Shown: one piece after another, positions 19,744-28,458 of the stretch | Position numbering within the stretch: position 1 is the first letter of the stretch | How the letters are laid out: every line of letters starts with the position of its first letter | From: Thermoplasmatota archaeon | GTDB taxonomy: Archaea; Thermoplasmatota; E2; DHVEG-1 | Direction: 5' to 3' | DNA: 59,642 nucleotides | Assembly: GCA_022848765.1 (NCBI GenBank) | Contig: JAJISJ010000001.1 | Coordinates: 1-59,642, forward strand | Made by a program: the position numbers and the translations under genes | The notes under the pieces: generated by a model | Database searches by the model: none | Told to the model about the DNA's origin: nothing | What the model saw: the letters and a program-made list of their open reading frames with translations, nothing else

Positions 19744-19780
19744 GCAAAGGTATTTAAAAAATTAATTAATAATTATTCTT

Positions 19781-19848
19781 GGAAGAGTATTAAGGGAGGG
19801 TATTCTAATCTATAATCTTCATATTTTTGCTCCTCCTTTCTTTCTTCC
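19781..19848 (+). repeat. Purine-arm/pyrimidine-arm hairpin element E1
   Basis: GGAAGAG(19781-87) and AAGGGAGG(19792-99) pair with CCTCCTTT(19832-39) and TTTCTTCC(19841-48): 15 bp including 2 G-U pairs, with a 32-nt AT-rich loop. Confidence 0.5.
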
Positions 19849-19972
19849 GATTTTTAGATCGTAATTTATCCAATTTTTTTCTACGTTTCATAGCACAATC
19901 ATAGCAACGATGAGCATTATGATACATTAATCTAATGCAGAAGCAATCTATACAACATTTTTCAATAATCAT
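19805..19972 (-). CDS. Possible 55-aa Cys-rich small protein with a basic tail
   Basis: Below the ORF-track cutoff. Reads MIIEKCCIDCFCIRLMYHNAHRCYDCAMKRRKKLDKLRSKNRKKERRSKNMKIID. No obvious RBS. Its 3' end overlaps hairpin E1. Confidence 0.25.
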   Translation of the reverse strand: MIIEKCCIDCFCIRLMYHNAHRCYDCAMKRRKKLDKLRSKNRKKERRSKNMKIID

Positions 19973-20093
19973 TAATAAAATAATTAAGCTTATCAGATTA
20001 ATAAAAAGTAATAATAGTTCATTGAAAGTAATTTTAACATATATATTAATCTAAACAACATTTAAAAAATAATAAAAAACCAATAAAATAAAT

Positions 20094-20163
20094 GAAAAGA
20101 AGAAAGGGCGGGGACAAATAATATGAAGAAAAATTATTAAATTTCCCTTTCTACTTTCCCTTC
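20094..20163 (+). repeat. Purine-arm/pyrimidine-arm hairpin element E2
   Basis: AGAAAGGG(20101-08) pairs with CCCTTTCT(20145-52), plus an outer GAAAAG/CTTTCC extension. It has the same 8-bp stem sequence as element E5 at 47041. Contains GGGGACAAATAATA, also seen at 50243. Confidence 0.5.
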
Positions 20164-20611
20164 AAAAATATAAATATATTAGTAGAATATAAATATTTCG
20201 AATATAATTGTTATATATGTTTCATATTTATAATATAATGATATAATAATTTAAAAATTAAGGCATTTATTAATAAAATGAGTCGATAGAAATAATTTCA
20301 TTGTGATTTATTTTTCCCCGAAATAATAAAACATATATGTCTTGTAATAAAAAAAACCCATAAAAATATATTAATTATAAACTCTATAATTTTCCTCTTT
20401 AGTACCTAATTTTTTTCCATATTTTTTAACAAGATATTCAATGAATTCCTCTTCCTCCTTTGAATATGGTTCAGGGTCATATTTTTCATTATTCATAATA
20501 TCAAATTATCTTAAATTTCATATCACTTAATTCTATTTAACTATTAGGGAGATAAGAAAGGCAACAATTAAAATAGAAATACTTTTATAGTAGTTATCAT
20601 ACATATATTAT

Positions 20612-20688
20612 GGGGACAGGTGAGGTAGATAATCTCTTTTATCACCATCATTCCATCTTTCTTCCTCCCAAAATAATAACCTGTCCTC
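20612..20688 (+). repeat. Purine-arm/pyrimidine-arm hairpin element E3 in the leader of the 20829 operon
   Basis: GGGGACAGGT(20612-21) pairs with ACCTGTCCTC(20679-88), 10 bp with one G-U. The enclosed CCATCTTTCTTCC tract (20653-65) can alternatively pair with downstream GGAAGGAAAGATAG (20736-49). Confidence 0.45.
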
Positions 20689-20828
20689 CCTTCCTAATTT
20701 AAAAAAAAACATAATTATAAAAAATAATAAAATATGGAAGGAAAGATAGAAGGTTTTATTTATTTAACTAAACATCGTTAAGCAAAAATACTATTAAATA
20801 ATTAATAATATAAAAAAAAGGGAGAATC

Positions 20829-21611
20829 ATGAAATATGAAACAATAGAAATACAAAGAAAAAATAACATAGTAACTATAATCCTTAACAGACCAGAAGTA
20901 CATAACGCAATGAACGAAAAACTAATGAAAGAATTAACATCTTGCTTTGAAAAATTAAATAAAGAAAATCAAACAAGAATTATCATTCTCACAGGTAAAG
21001 GAAAATCATTCTCAGCAGGTGCAGATTTAAACTGGATGAAAAGTATGGCTAATTACTCAAGAGAAGAAAACATACAGGATAGTAAACTATTATCAGATTT
21101 ATATGAAACAATTTATACAAGCCCTAAGCCAATAATAGGATATATCAATGGTCATGCATTTGGAGGTGGAATCGGTCTAATTGCAGTATGTGATATAACT
21201 ATAGCATCACCTGATAAAAAATTTGCATTTAGTGAAGTTAATCTTGGAATAATTCCATCCGTTATATCTACATACGTTGGAAAACGAATTGGAATATCTA
21301 ATATGAGAAGATTATTCATAACAGGTGAAATATTTAACTCACAATATGCAAAAAAAATAGGATTAATTGACTATATAGTATTAGAATCAGAAATCGATAA
21401 TGAAATCCAAAAAAATATTGAAAAATTAAAAACATCAGGCCCAAATGCAATTATAGAAATAAAAAAACTAGTTGAAAGATATCAAAAAATGGATATTGGA
21501 AAATATAAAGAGTATACTGTAAAAAAAATATCAGAATTAAGAATTTCAGAAGAAGGACAAGAAGGCATCAAATCATTTCTTGAAAAGAGAAAAACAAAAT
21601 GGAGTGATTAA
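20829..21611 (+). CDS. Enoyl-CoA hydratase family (methylglutaconyl-CoA hydratase-like)
   Basis: KSFSAGADLNWM and INGHAFGGGIGLIAVCD crotonase motifs. RBS GGGAG. Immediately followed by the biotin carboxylase gene. Confidence 0.85.
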   Translation: MKYETIEIQRKNNIVTIILNRPEVHNAMNEKLMKELTSCFEKLNKENQTRIIILTGKGKSFSAGADLNWMKSMANYSREENIQDSKLLSDLYETIYTSPKPIIGYINGHAFGGGIGLIAVCDITIASPDKKFAFSEVNLGIIPSVISTYVGKRIGISNMRRLFITGEIFNSQYAKKIGLIDYIVLESEIDNEIQKNIEKLKTSGPNAIIEIKKLVERYQKMDIGKYKEYTVKKISELRISEEGQEGIKSFLEKRKTKWSD

Positions 21612-21613
21612 TA

Positions 21614-23113
21614 TTGTTTAAAAAAATCCTAATCGCAAATCGTGGTGAAATAGCTGTAAGAATCATAAAAGCATGTCAAGAATTAGGAATTAAAACTATA
21701 GCCGTCTACTCAGATGTTGATAAAAAAGCTCCACATGTTCAACTATCTGATGAAAGTATTTGTCTAGGAGATCCCACTCCAATTGAAAGCTATTTAAATA
21801 TATCAAAAATAATTGGATATGCCCAAGATTTTGGAGCAGACGCTATTCATCCAGGATATGGATTTCTTTCAGAAAATCCTGATTTTGCATTATCCTGTCT
21901 TGACAAAGGTATAAAATTCATAGGGCCTCACCCAAAAGTAATAAGTTTAATGGGTGATAAAATTGCGGCTAAAAAAACAATGGAAAAAGCAGGAATACCT
22001 GTAATACCTGGATATCATGGAATTAAACAGGATAACAAATCACTTACCGTTGAAGGGAAAAAAATTGGTTTCCCTCTTTTAGTGAAAGCCGCTGCAGGTG
22101 GTGGTGGCAAAGGAATGAGAATTGTCCATGATGAGGATATTCTTGAAGAATCAATAGAAAGTGCAAAACGTGAATCAAAATCATCTTTTGGTAATGATAC
22201 CATATTTCTTGAAAAATATATAGATAAACCACGTCATATTGAATTTCAAATACTAGCTGATGAACATGGTAATACTATACATCTCTATGAAAGAGAATGC
22301 TCTATACAAAGAAGACATCAAAAGATCATTGAAGAAACACCCTCGCCAGTGATGACATCCGATTTAAGGAAAAAAATGGGAGAAGCTGCAATAAAAGCCG
22401 CAGAAGCAGTTGGATATTATAACGCTGGAACAGTTGAATTCATGGTAGATGGTAATCTTAATTTTTATTTCATGGAAATGAATACAAGATTACAAGTTGA
22501 ACATCCAATAACTGAGATGACAACGGGTGTTGATCTGGCAAAATGGCAGTTAAAAATTGCAAATGGAGATATATTGCCAATAAAACAAAATAATTTAATT
22601 CAAAGAGGACATGCTATTGAATGTAGAATATATGCAGAAAATCCATCAAATGGATTTTTACCAAGTATTGGAACTTTGGAAAAAGTAGAAGCACCTACTG
22701 GCCCTAATATTCGAAATGACACTGGTATTTATACTGGCATGAAAATAACTCCATATTATGACCCAATGCTGTCTAAACTTGTTGTAAGTAGTGAAAATAG
22801 AGATGAATGTATAAATAAAATGATTTGGGCATTAAATAAATATATAATACTAGGGGTAACAACAAATATACCATTTTTAATCAAATTACTTGATCATAAT
22901 GAGTTTAGAAAAGGCAACATTACAACTCATTTTATTGATAACTATTTCAAAGATTGGACAAAAGCAAAAAGTGGTTTATCAGTAGATGCAATAATTTCTC
23001 TAGCAGTATATGACTCCTTACACTCAGATACACAAGAAATAGTTAGATATAAAGAATCAGATCCCCACTCACCTTGGAAGCATGTAGGAAGATGGAGAAT
23101 GGGATCAGAATAA
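21614..23113 (+). CDS. Biotin carboxylase (ATP-grasp) subunit of an acyl-CoA carboxylase, without a fused BCCP domain
   Basis: KILIANRGEIAVRIIKA start, ATP-grasp glycine loop KAAAGGGGKGMRIV, EMNTRLQVEHPITE. TTG start with RBS GGAGTGAT. No biotinyl-Lys (AMKM-type) motif seen at the C-terminus. Confidence 0.9.
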   Translation: MFKKILIANRGEIAVRIIKACQELGIKTIAVYSDVDKKAPHVQLSDESICLGDPTPIESYLNISKIIGYAQDFGADAIHPGYGFLSENPDFALSCLDKGIKFIGPHPKVISLMGDKIAAKKTMEKAGIPVIPGYHGIKQDNKSLTVEGKKIGFPLLVKAAAGGGGKGMRIVHDEDILEESIESAKRESKSSFGNDTIFLEKYIDKPRHIEFQILADEHGNTIHLYERECSIQRRHQKIIEETPSPVMTSDLRKKMGEAAIKAAEAVGYYNAGTVEFMVDGNLNFYFMEMNTRLQVEHPITEMTTGVDLAKWQLKIANGDILPIKQNNLIQRGHAIECRIYAENPSNGFLPSIGTLEKVEAPTGPNIRNDTGIYTGMKITPYYDPMLSKLVVSSENRDECINKMIWALNKYIILGVTTNIPFLIKLLDHNEFRKGNITTHFIDNYFKDWTKAKSGLSVDAIISLAVYDSLHSDTQEIVRYKESDPHSPWKHVGRWRMGSE

Positions 23114-23126
23114 ATATTAAATCAAA

Positions 23127-25028
23127 TTATATTAATTTTAATAATCTGTTTATTATCGTAAAGTTTTCTATAAATCTTAGTAAGATTGAGAATTTTTGAT
23201 TATCCTCAATATTTAATGATCTTGGGTCCTTACCGTCTTCGATTGAAATTGTAGGATCACCAAACATAGACATTTCAAGAATTGTTTTATAATCTGAATC
23301 ATCCCATTCATCTTCAATGAAACTATTTATATAATCATTAAGACAATTTGCCCATACATCACCTAAAATTTTGTCATTATATAATGATTCAAAAATATGT
23401 ACTTCCATCCACCCCCATACTCTTTCAACCTCATGTACACCATAACTACCATATCCTATACCAGAAGCTCCAAAGGCTGCGATACCTCCAGCATTACTAT
23501 TAATTGTTTTCCATCCAATACAATTATCAGATTCGGAATACTTATTACATGAACAGGCATTAAATACAACAACAGGATGTTTATAGTTATTAGATACCAA
23601 GAAGAAATCATAATCAATATATAACCAACCTGTATAGGGTGATCTAATTGATTTTGGAGGGAGCCATGTTCCATCATCTGCAGGAGCATGTGTAGCCCAG
23701 CTTGCAGAACTACCATGACCTGAAAAATCAATAAAATCTGCGTTATTATTAAATCCATTTGCAATGTTTTGTTTTGTTAACGTTGATGCACCATTACTCT
23801 CAGATGCCCAGAGTTTAATAGAATTATATCCAGGTAATTTTTCTAATACTTTTTCATTGGCAAATTCTCCTTCGTTAACCTCAGATGCATCTCCAGGAAA
23901 GGTATCTCCTCCAATTTGAACAATATTATTCAACATTTCATTATGTTCCTCATAATTTATTATTTTTTCAACAATTAATACAACCTCTTCCTCACTATTA
24001 CATGGTAATTTTCCCAAATAGACATCAGGATACATATCAACTGAATCCATATCATTACTATTCATCCCCATCTTAAATTCCGCGAATTTTCCATCATCAT
24101 CTGAATTCCAATCAGAAAAATTACCTTCAGCATCATAGATATCAGCATAATATAAATCAGTAATTGCATCATCAATTGGGAGATCCATTCTTATTGATGT
24201 TTTTCTAATAGGGAGAAGATTTACGTCACCTATAAATAAAACATAGGAAATTCCAAGATTCTCTAAAGCATCCTTTATAAAATATTTTATCTGTTCTGGC
24301 TTGTCACTGCCTGGGAATTCTTGATATATTTGTTCAGTTGTTTTCAAAAATGTTTGAATTCCAACATTATTCTTATGATTAATTAGTAATTGTATTTCTG
24401 ATGAAAATATTTCAGGAGATATGATGATCATGTCATAATCATCTGATTTGATAATTGATTTTTCTGGTAGTATATATTCAATTTGAATTACTACATTTTG
24501 AGGGATTATAAGAATATCTTTCTGAGGCGAATATTGAGGATTAATTCTAATATTAAGAAATAAAACATGCTCTTCATTATCCAACCCAGCACCTCTTGTA
24601 ATATAAAAAATTTTTGGAGGGTAAAGATCAGAGCTTTCGTAAATATTTTTTTCATAAAATAAATCTAATGATTTTTTATTAATATCGTTAGAAAGTATTG
24701 AAGGTGCTGGTGCAGGATTAATCTTTTTTGGTAATAAAATTTCATGTTTTTCATGGAATACATTAACATTAGTTATTTTTGTACCTAATGGAAATTGATA
24801 AGTTTTAATAATTACTGGAATCATTGGTTTTCCTGGTTCATAAAAAAATGAATCTGCTTCATCTATATGTATGGATAAATAATTTTCTTTATCTCGAATT
24901 AATGGTTTAGAAATGATAATGTTTTCAGTAATTATCTTTTTATTTTCAATAGATTTTGGCATGGCAATTATTGCAAGAGAATTAAATAGTAAAACTCCAA
25001 TTATTATAGTTATAATTATTTTTTTCAT
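23127..25028 (-). CDS. Secreted peptidase C25 (gingipain-like) family cysteine peptidase
   Basis: Signal peptide from MKKIIITIIIG. FSGHGS (catalytic His-Gly) and VVFNACSCNKY (catalytic Cys) with caspase-fold spacing, and LFIGDVNLLPIR. The ORF-track start at 25055 is probably an extension. Confidence 0.7.
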   Translation of the reverse strand: MKKIIITIIIGVLLFNSLAIIAMPKSIENKKIITENIIISKPLIRDKENYLSIHIDEADSFFYEPGKPMIPVIIKTYQFPLGTKITNVNVFHEKHEILLPKKINPAPAPSILSNDINKKSLDLFYEKNIYESSDLYPPKIFYITRGAGLDNEEHVLFLNIRINPQYSPQKDILIIPQNVVIQIEYILPEKSIIKSDDYDMIIISPEIFSSEIQLLINHKNNVGIQTFLKTTEQIYQEFPGSDKPEQIKYFIKDALENLGISYVLFIGDVNLLPIRKTSIRMDLPIDDAITDLYYADIYDAEGNFSDWNSDDDGKFAEFKMGMNSNDMDSVDMYPDVYLGKLPCNSEEEVVLIVEKIINYEEHNEMLNNIVQIGGDTFPGDASEVNEGEFANEKVLEKLPGYNSIKLWASESNGASTLTKQNIANGFNNNADFIDFSGHGSSASWATHAPADDGTWLPPKSIRSPYTGWLYIDYDFFLVSNNYKHPVVVFNACSCNKYSESDNCIGWKTINSNAGGIAAFGASGIGYGSYGVHEVERVWGWMEVHIFESLYNDKILGDVWANCLNDYINSFIEDEWDDSDYKTILEMSMFGDPTISIEDGKDPRSLNIEDNQKFSILLRFIENFTIINRLLKLI

Positions 25029-25293
25029 ATATCTGTCCCTAAAGATAAATAACATTTGTTATATAAAATTATAACGATTCAGGTTTTGTTTAAAAATATA
25101 TTATCATATTATATTTTATTGATTTTGTACTAATTTATTCCATTATCAATTAAAAAACCTCAATTTATATATGTTATTTACAAATTTTTTCTTTTATCAA
25201 TTTTATTTATAGTTATTGATTTTAAATCCTTTTAAATCATGCTTCTTTTTTTAAAAAATATTTATTAAGTTATAGTTTCTTTAATAGCTTTAT

Positions 25294-26256
25294 ATGCGAA
25301 AAACAATTAACTTAATTTTCATAAAACTCTTTGTTTTATTTATATTAATTATTATTACAACGGGTTGTGTTAATAATGATAAAGTTCCTCATATTAAAAA
25401 ATGGGGTATATATTCTTTGGATTTATCAAATCAAATTGTAGATTTAATTTATAGTTCTGATTATGAACTAACTACTTTAAGATTAAATAATAATGGTGAT
25501 AAATTTGTTTTTTCAATGTTAATTGATGGTTTTAGTTATAATGATAGTGAAATATGTTTATTGAATCTTGATGGAACTAATTTTCTAAGATTAACTGAAA
25601 ATAAATATTGGGATTTATATCCTACTTGGTCTATAGATGATAAAAAAATTGCTTTTTTATCTTATCGTGAGGATGATTTGGATATTTATATAATGAATTC
25701 TAATGGATCGAATCAAATGAAATTTTATGATTCAGGTTCGCATGATGCTGATATTCATTGGATAGAGGACACAATTGTTTTTACATCAAAGAGTAAAATT
25801 TGGAAAATTAATGAAAATGGATCTAATCCATTATTAGTTACTGATCCACCTAATGCTGGTGAATGGGGAAATGCTAATTTACCTTTTGGCGATTATGATC
25901 CAAATATTCATCCTAATGAGGATAAAATTGTTTTTGAAAGATTAGAAAATGATTCAAGTCCTCATGGTAATTATAATATTTTTTCAATTAATCTTGATGG
26001 TAGTGATGAAACACGTTTAACAAATAATTATTATACACAAGGTTTTCCGACTTGGTCAAATTCTGGAGAAAACATCCTTTTTTTAGTTACAGCTATATCT
26101 GATGAAGGTAAATATGATCTGTATTTGATGAATCACGATGGTTCTGGTTATAAAAATATAACTCCTGATTATTTTCCAGATATATTTCTTTGTCATGCTG
26201 GTGTATTCTCACCTGATGATTCAATGATTTATTTTATCGGTGAATGGTGGGAATGA
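25294..26256 (+). CDS. Lipoprotein with TolB-like PD40/WD40-like beta-propeller repeats
   Basis: TTGC lipobox. Repeated (Y/F)P(T)WS..g..I.F......D(I/L)Y.MN.dGS motifs. Confidence 0.75.
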   Translation: MRKTINLIFIKLFVLFILIIITTGCVNNDKVPHIKKWGIYSLDLSNQIVDLIYSSDYELTTLRLNNNGDKFVFSMLIDGFSYNDSEICLLNLDGTNFLRLTENKYWDLYPTWSIDDKKIAFLSYREDDLDIYIMNSNGSNQMKFYDSGSHDADIHWIEDTIVFTSKSKIWKINENGSNPLLVTDPPNAGEWGNANLPFGDYDPNIHPNEDKIVFERLENDSSPHGNYNIFSINLDGSDETRLTNNYYTQGFPTWSNSGENILFLVTAISDEGKYDLYLMNHDGSGYKNITPDYFPDIFLCHAGVFSPDDSMIYFIGEWWE

Positions 26257-26444
26257 TTAATTACTAAATTAATTTTTATTAACAAATTTTTATTCCATAA
26301 AAGATTTATAATTGGCAAAAAAATATTCCAATTATTTGATATAAGCTTTTGTTATCTCTATAAGTGTGGTGAGGAAATTTTAATATTGTTATGCCTATCA
26401 ATGTTTAATTAATTTTAAATGATTGTGGAAAAATTTTATAATTA

Positions 26445-27350
26445 TTAGATACAACCAATAAATTCTTTTAAAACCATATCTTTTAGTTCGATTGCATATT
26501 GGATATGTTGTTCAGTGATTTTACTTCTTTCAAGTAGAGCAAGTGCATAAGCAATTCTTAAGATGGAGAATTCTAAACTTCTATATGAGATGCCTTCTAT
26601 ATTTGCGTCTGTTTCGAGAATGTAATTTTTAATTGTTTTTTTAATGGAAGGTTCATCTGTTGGATCAATCCAGGTTTTTGCATTTTTTGCCCAGTTTAGA
26701 TATGCTTTAACTACTAGTGAATAATCTTTTGCATTTTTCCCCATGAAACTATCAATTATATCGGATACATATTCTGCTCTTTGTATTCTTGATATCTTTG
26801 AGACATTGAACGGGAAATCAAATCTATCTAAAAGTGGTTTTTGAATTTTATCTAAATTATTACATGTTGCAATAATTCTTACTTCAGCTTTAAATGATTG
26901 CCGATTTTTTCCTTTGGTTATAATATATTCTCCTTCCTCCATAGTTTGAAGTAATCCATTTTGGTCATTATTTGACATTTTATCAAGTTCGTCAACTAGT
27001 AAGACTGAACCATTTGATTGAGCGAGTAAACCTGGATGTATTTTTTTACCTCGAGCATCACCTACAAGACCAGTTTTTGATGTGAGTTCAGAGTTAATTA
27101 ACACCCCATCCATTTTTTGTTGCCACCAATTTAGAAACTCTGATTTACCTGTTCCTGGTCCTCCACATAATAAAATATGTAGTCTCATTCGTAGATTAGA
27201 TCTATCATTTGTTACCCCCATTAATAGAGAACTTTTCCGAATGATATCCCATTGTGTTCCGACTAGATAGGGGCAGATATGTTTTGATAGAAATTCTAAT
27301 GGATTTTCTTTTGAAATAATTTGAAAATATTCTTCTGTACTTTCTGGCAT
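26445..27350 (-). CDS. Stand-alone MCM-type AAA+ ATPase domain protein (mini-MCM, no N-terminal OB/Zn domain)
   Basis: Walker A LLCGGPGTGKS, Walker B LLVDELDKM (MCM DEFDKM type), TMEEGEYIITKGK...VRIIATCN sensor-1 region, arginine-finger LLDRFDF (MCM SRFD type). Only 301 aa. Confidence 0.7.
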   Translation of the reverse strand: MPESTEEYFQIISKENPLEFLSKHICPYLVGTQWDIIRKSSLLMGVTNDRSNLRMRLHILLCGGPGTGKSEFLNWWQQKMDGVLINSELTSKTGLVGDARGKKIHPGLLAQSNGSVLLVDELDKMSNNDQNGLLQTMEEGEYIITKGKNRQSFKAEVRIIATCNNLDKIQKPLLDRFDFPFNVSKISRIQRAEYVSDIIDSFMGKNAKDYSLVVKAYLNWAKNAKTWIDPTDEPSIKKTIKNYILETDANIEGISYRSLEFSILRIAYALALLERSKITEQHIQYAIELKDMVLKEFIGCI

Positions 27351-27407
27351 ATAATAAAATGTAAGATTTGTTCATCTATATTATATTTATTTTAATATTT
27401 GATTTGA

Positions 27408-27620
27408 TTAAAATTTATTAAGTTTTTTTAATTTTCTTTTGTATAAATCTATTCCTCTACATATTAAACAAATACCAAATAAAATTGATATAAATCCAAT
27501 CCACCAAGAAATATTTACAGGAATTTTGAATAGTAGATATCCCAATAATTGTTCTATTCCATAAATACTAATTAATAGTCCCATTGAACTATATAAAATT
27601 ATAATATTTTTTTCTTTCAT
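27408..27620 (-). CDS. Small (70 aa) two-TM membrane protein
   Basis: Two hydrophobic helices and a basic C-terminal tail. Sits between the Zn-ribbon gene and the MCM-like gene on the same strand. Confidence 0.4.
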   Translation of the reverse strand: MKEKNIIILYSSMGLLISIYGIEQLLGYLLFKIPVNISWWIGFISILFGICLICRGIDLYKRKLKKLNKF

Positions 27621-27643
27621 AATTAGATTAAGAATTAATTTTT

Positions 27644-27931
27644 CTAATCCGAAATAATACCATAACCACTTAATGAAGAATTTTTCTTAAGCCAAACATC
27701 AAACCCCTCGGGGGCGTTTTCCATAATTTTACTAGCATCTTCACCGTTTTCTAATCTATTTTTAGCACTATATGCAAAATCGATATAATCAGAGTAATGT
27801 TTATTTGGTTCAATATTTATGTTTTTAACAATATTTGCCATACAATCGAGGCATATAATTTTTCTAATAGTTTCATTCTTGGTTATTTGTTTTCCACAGC
27901 AAACACAGGAATTAATATTCATATCAACCAT
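27644..27931 (-). CDS. Small zinc-ribbon protein (CxCC...CxxC)
   Basis: SCVCCGKQI-x13-CLDC four-Cys ribbon. Strong RBS GGGAGGT upstream. Confidence 0.45.
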   Translation of the reverse strand: MVDMNINSCVCCGKQITKNETIRKIICLDCMANIVKNINIEPNKHYSDYIDFAYSAKNRLENGEDASKIMENAPEGFDVWLKKNSSLSGYGIISD

Positions 27932-28458
27932 TTTTACCTCCCTGGTTTTATTACTTATTTTACTTTGTTTTTTATAGATGTCATATTTATAATATATTTG
28001 GCAAATATTAGTTAATTCTTGTTATTAGTTATGATGATATTGATATTTTTTTATAATTTATCAATTTTTTCTGTTTATATTTGAATAATGATATTATGTA
28101 AGAAAAAGTTCAGATTATTACATTATATTATGAAATGGTATTTTAACAAAAATGAAATATTTAATAGTAAGTTTTAAATATAAAAAATAATAGAGTATAA
28201 CATAATATGGGATATAAAAATACATGCCTTCCTGGGTCAAAAGATGAAGAAAAATATCTTCAATACTTGATGAATAAGTATTCAACAAAAAAAATGTCTC
28301 ATTAATATACAATTTTGAGATTAATCATAATTATATTATTCAAAATATTTTATTAAATTCTCTCTTTTTAATCTATTCCACACTTGAGGAACCAACATTT
28401 AAAAAAAATATTAATAAAATAATTAATTTATGATTATAATGTTTATGGAAGGGGTCAA

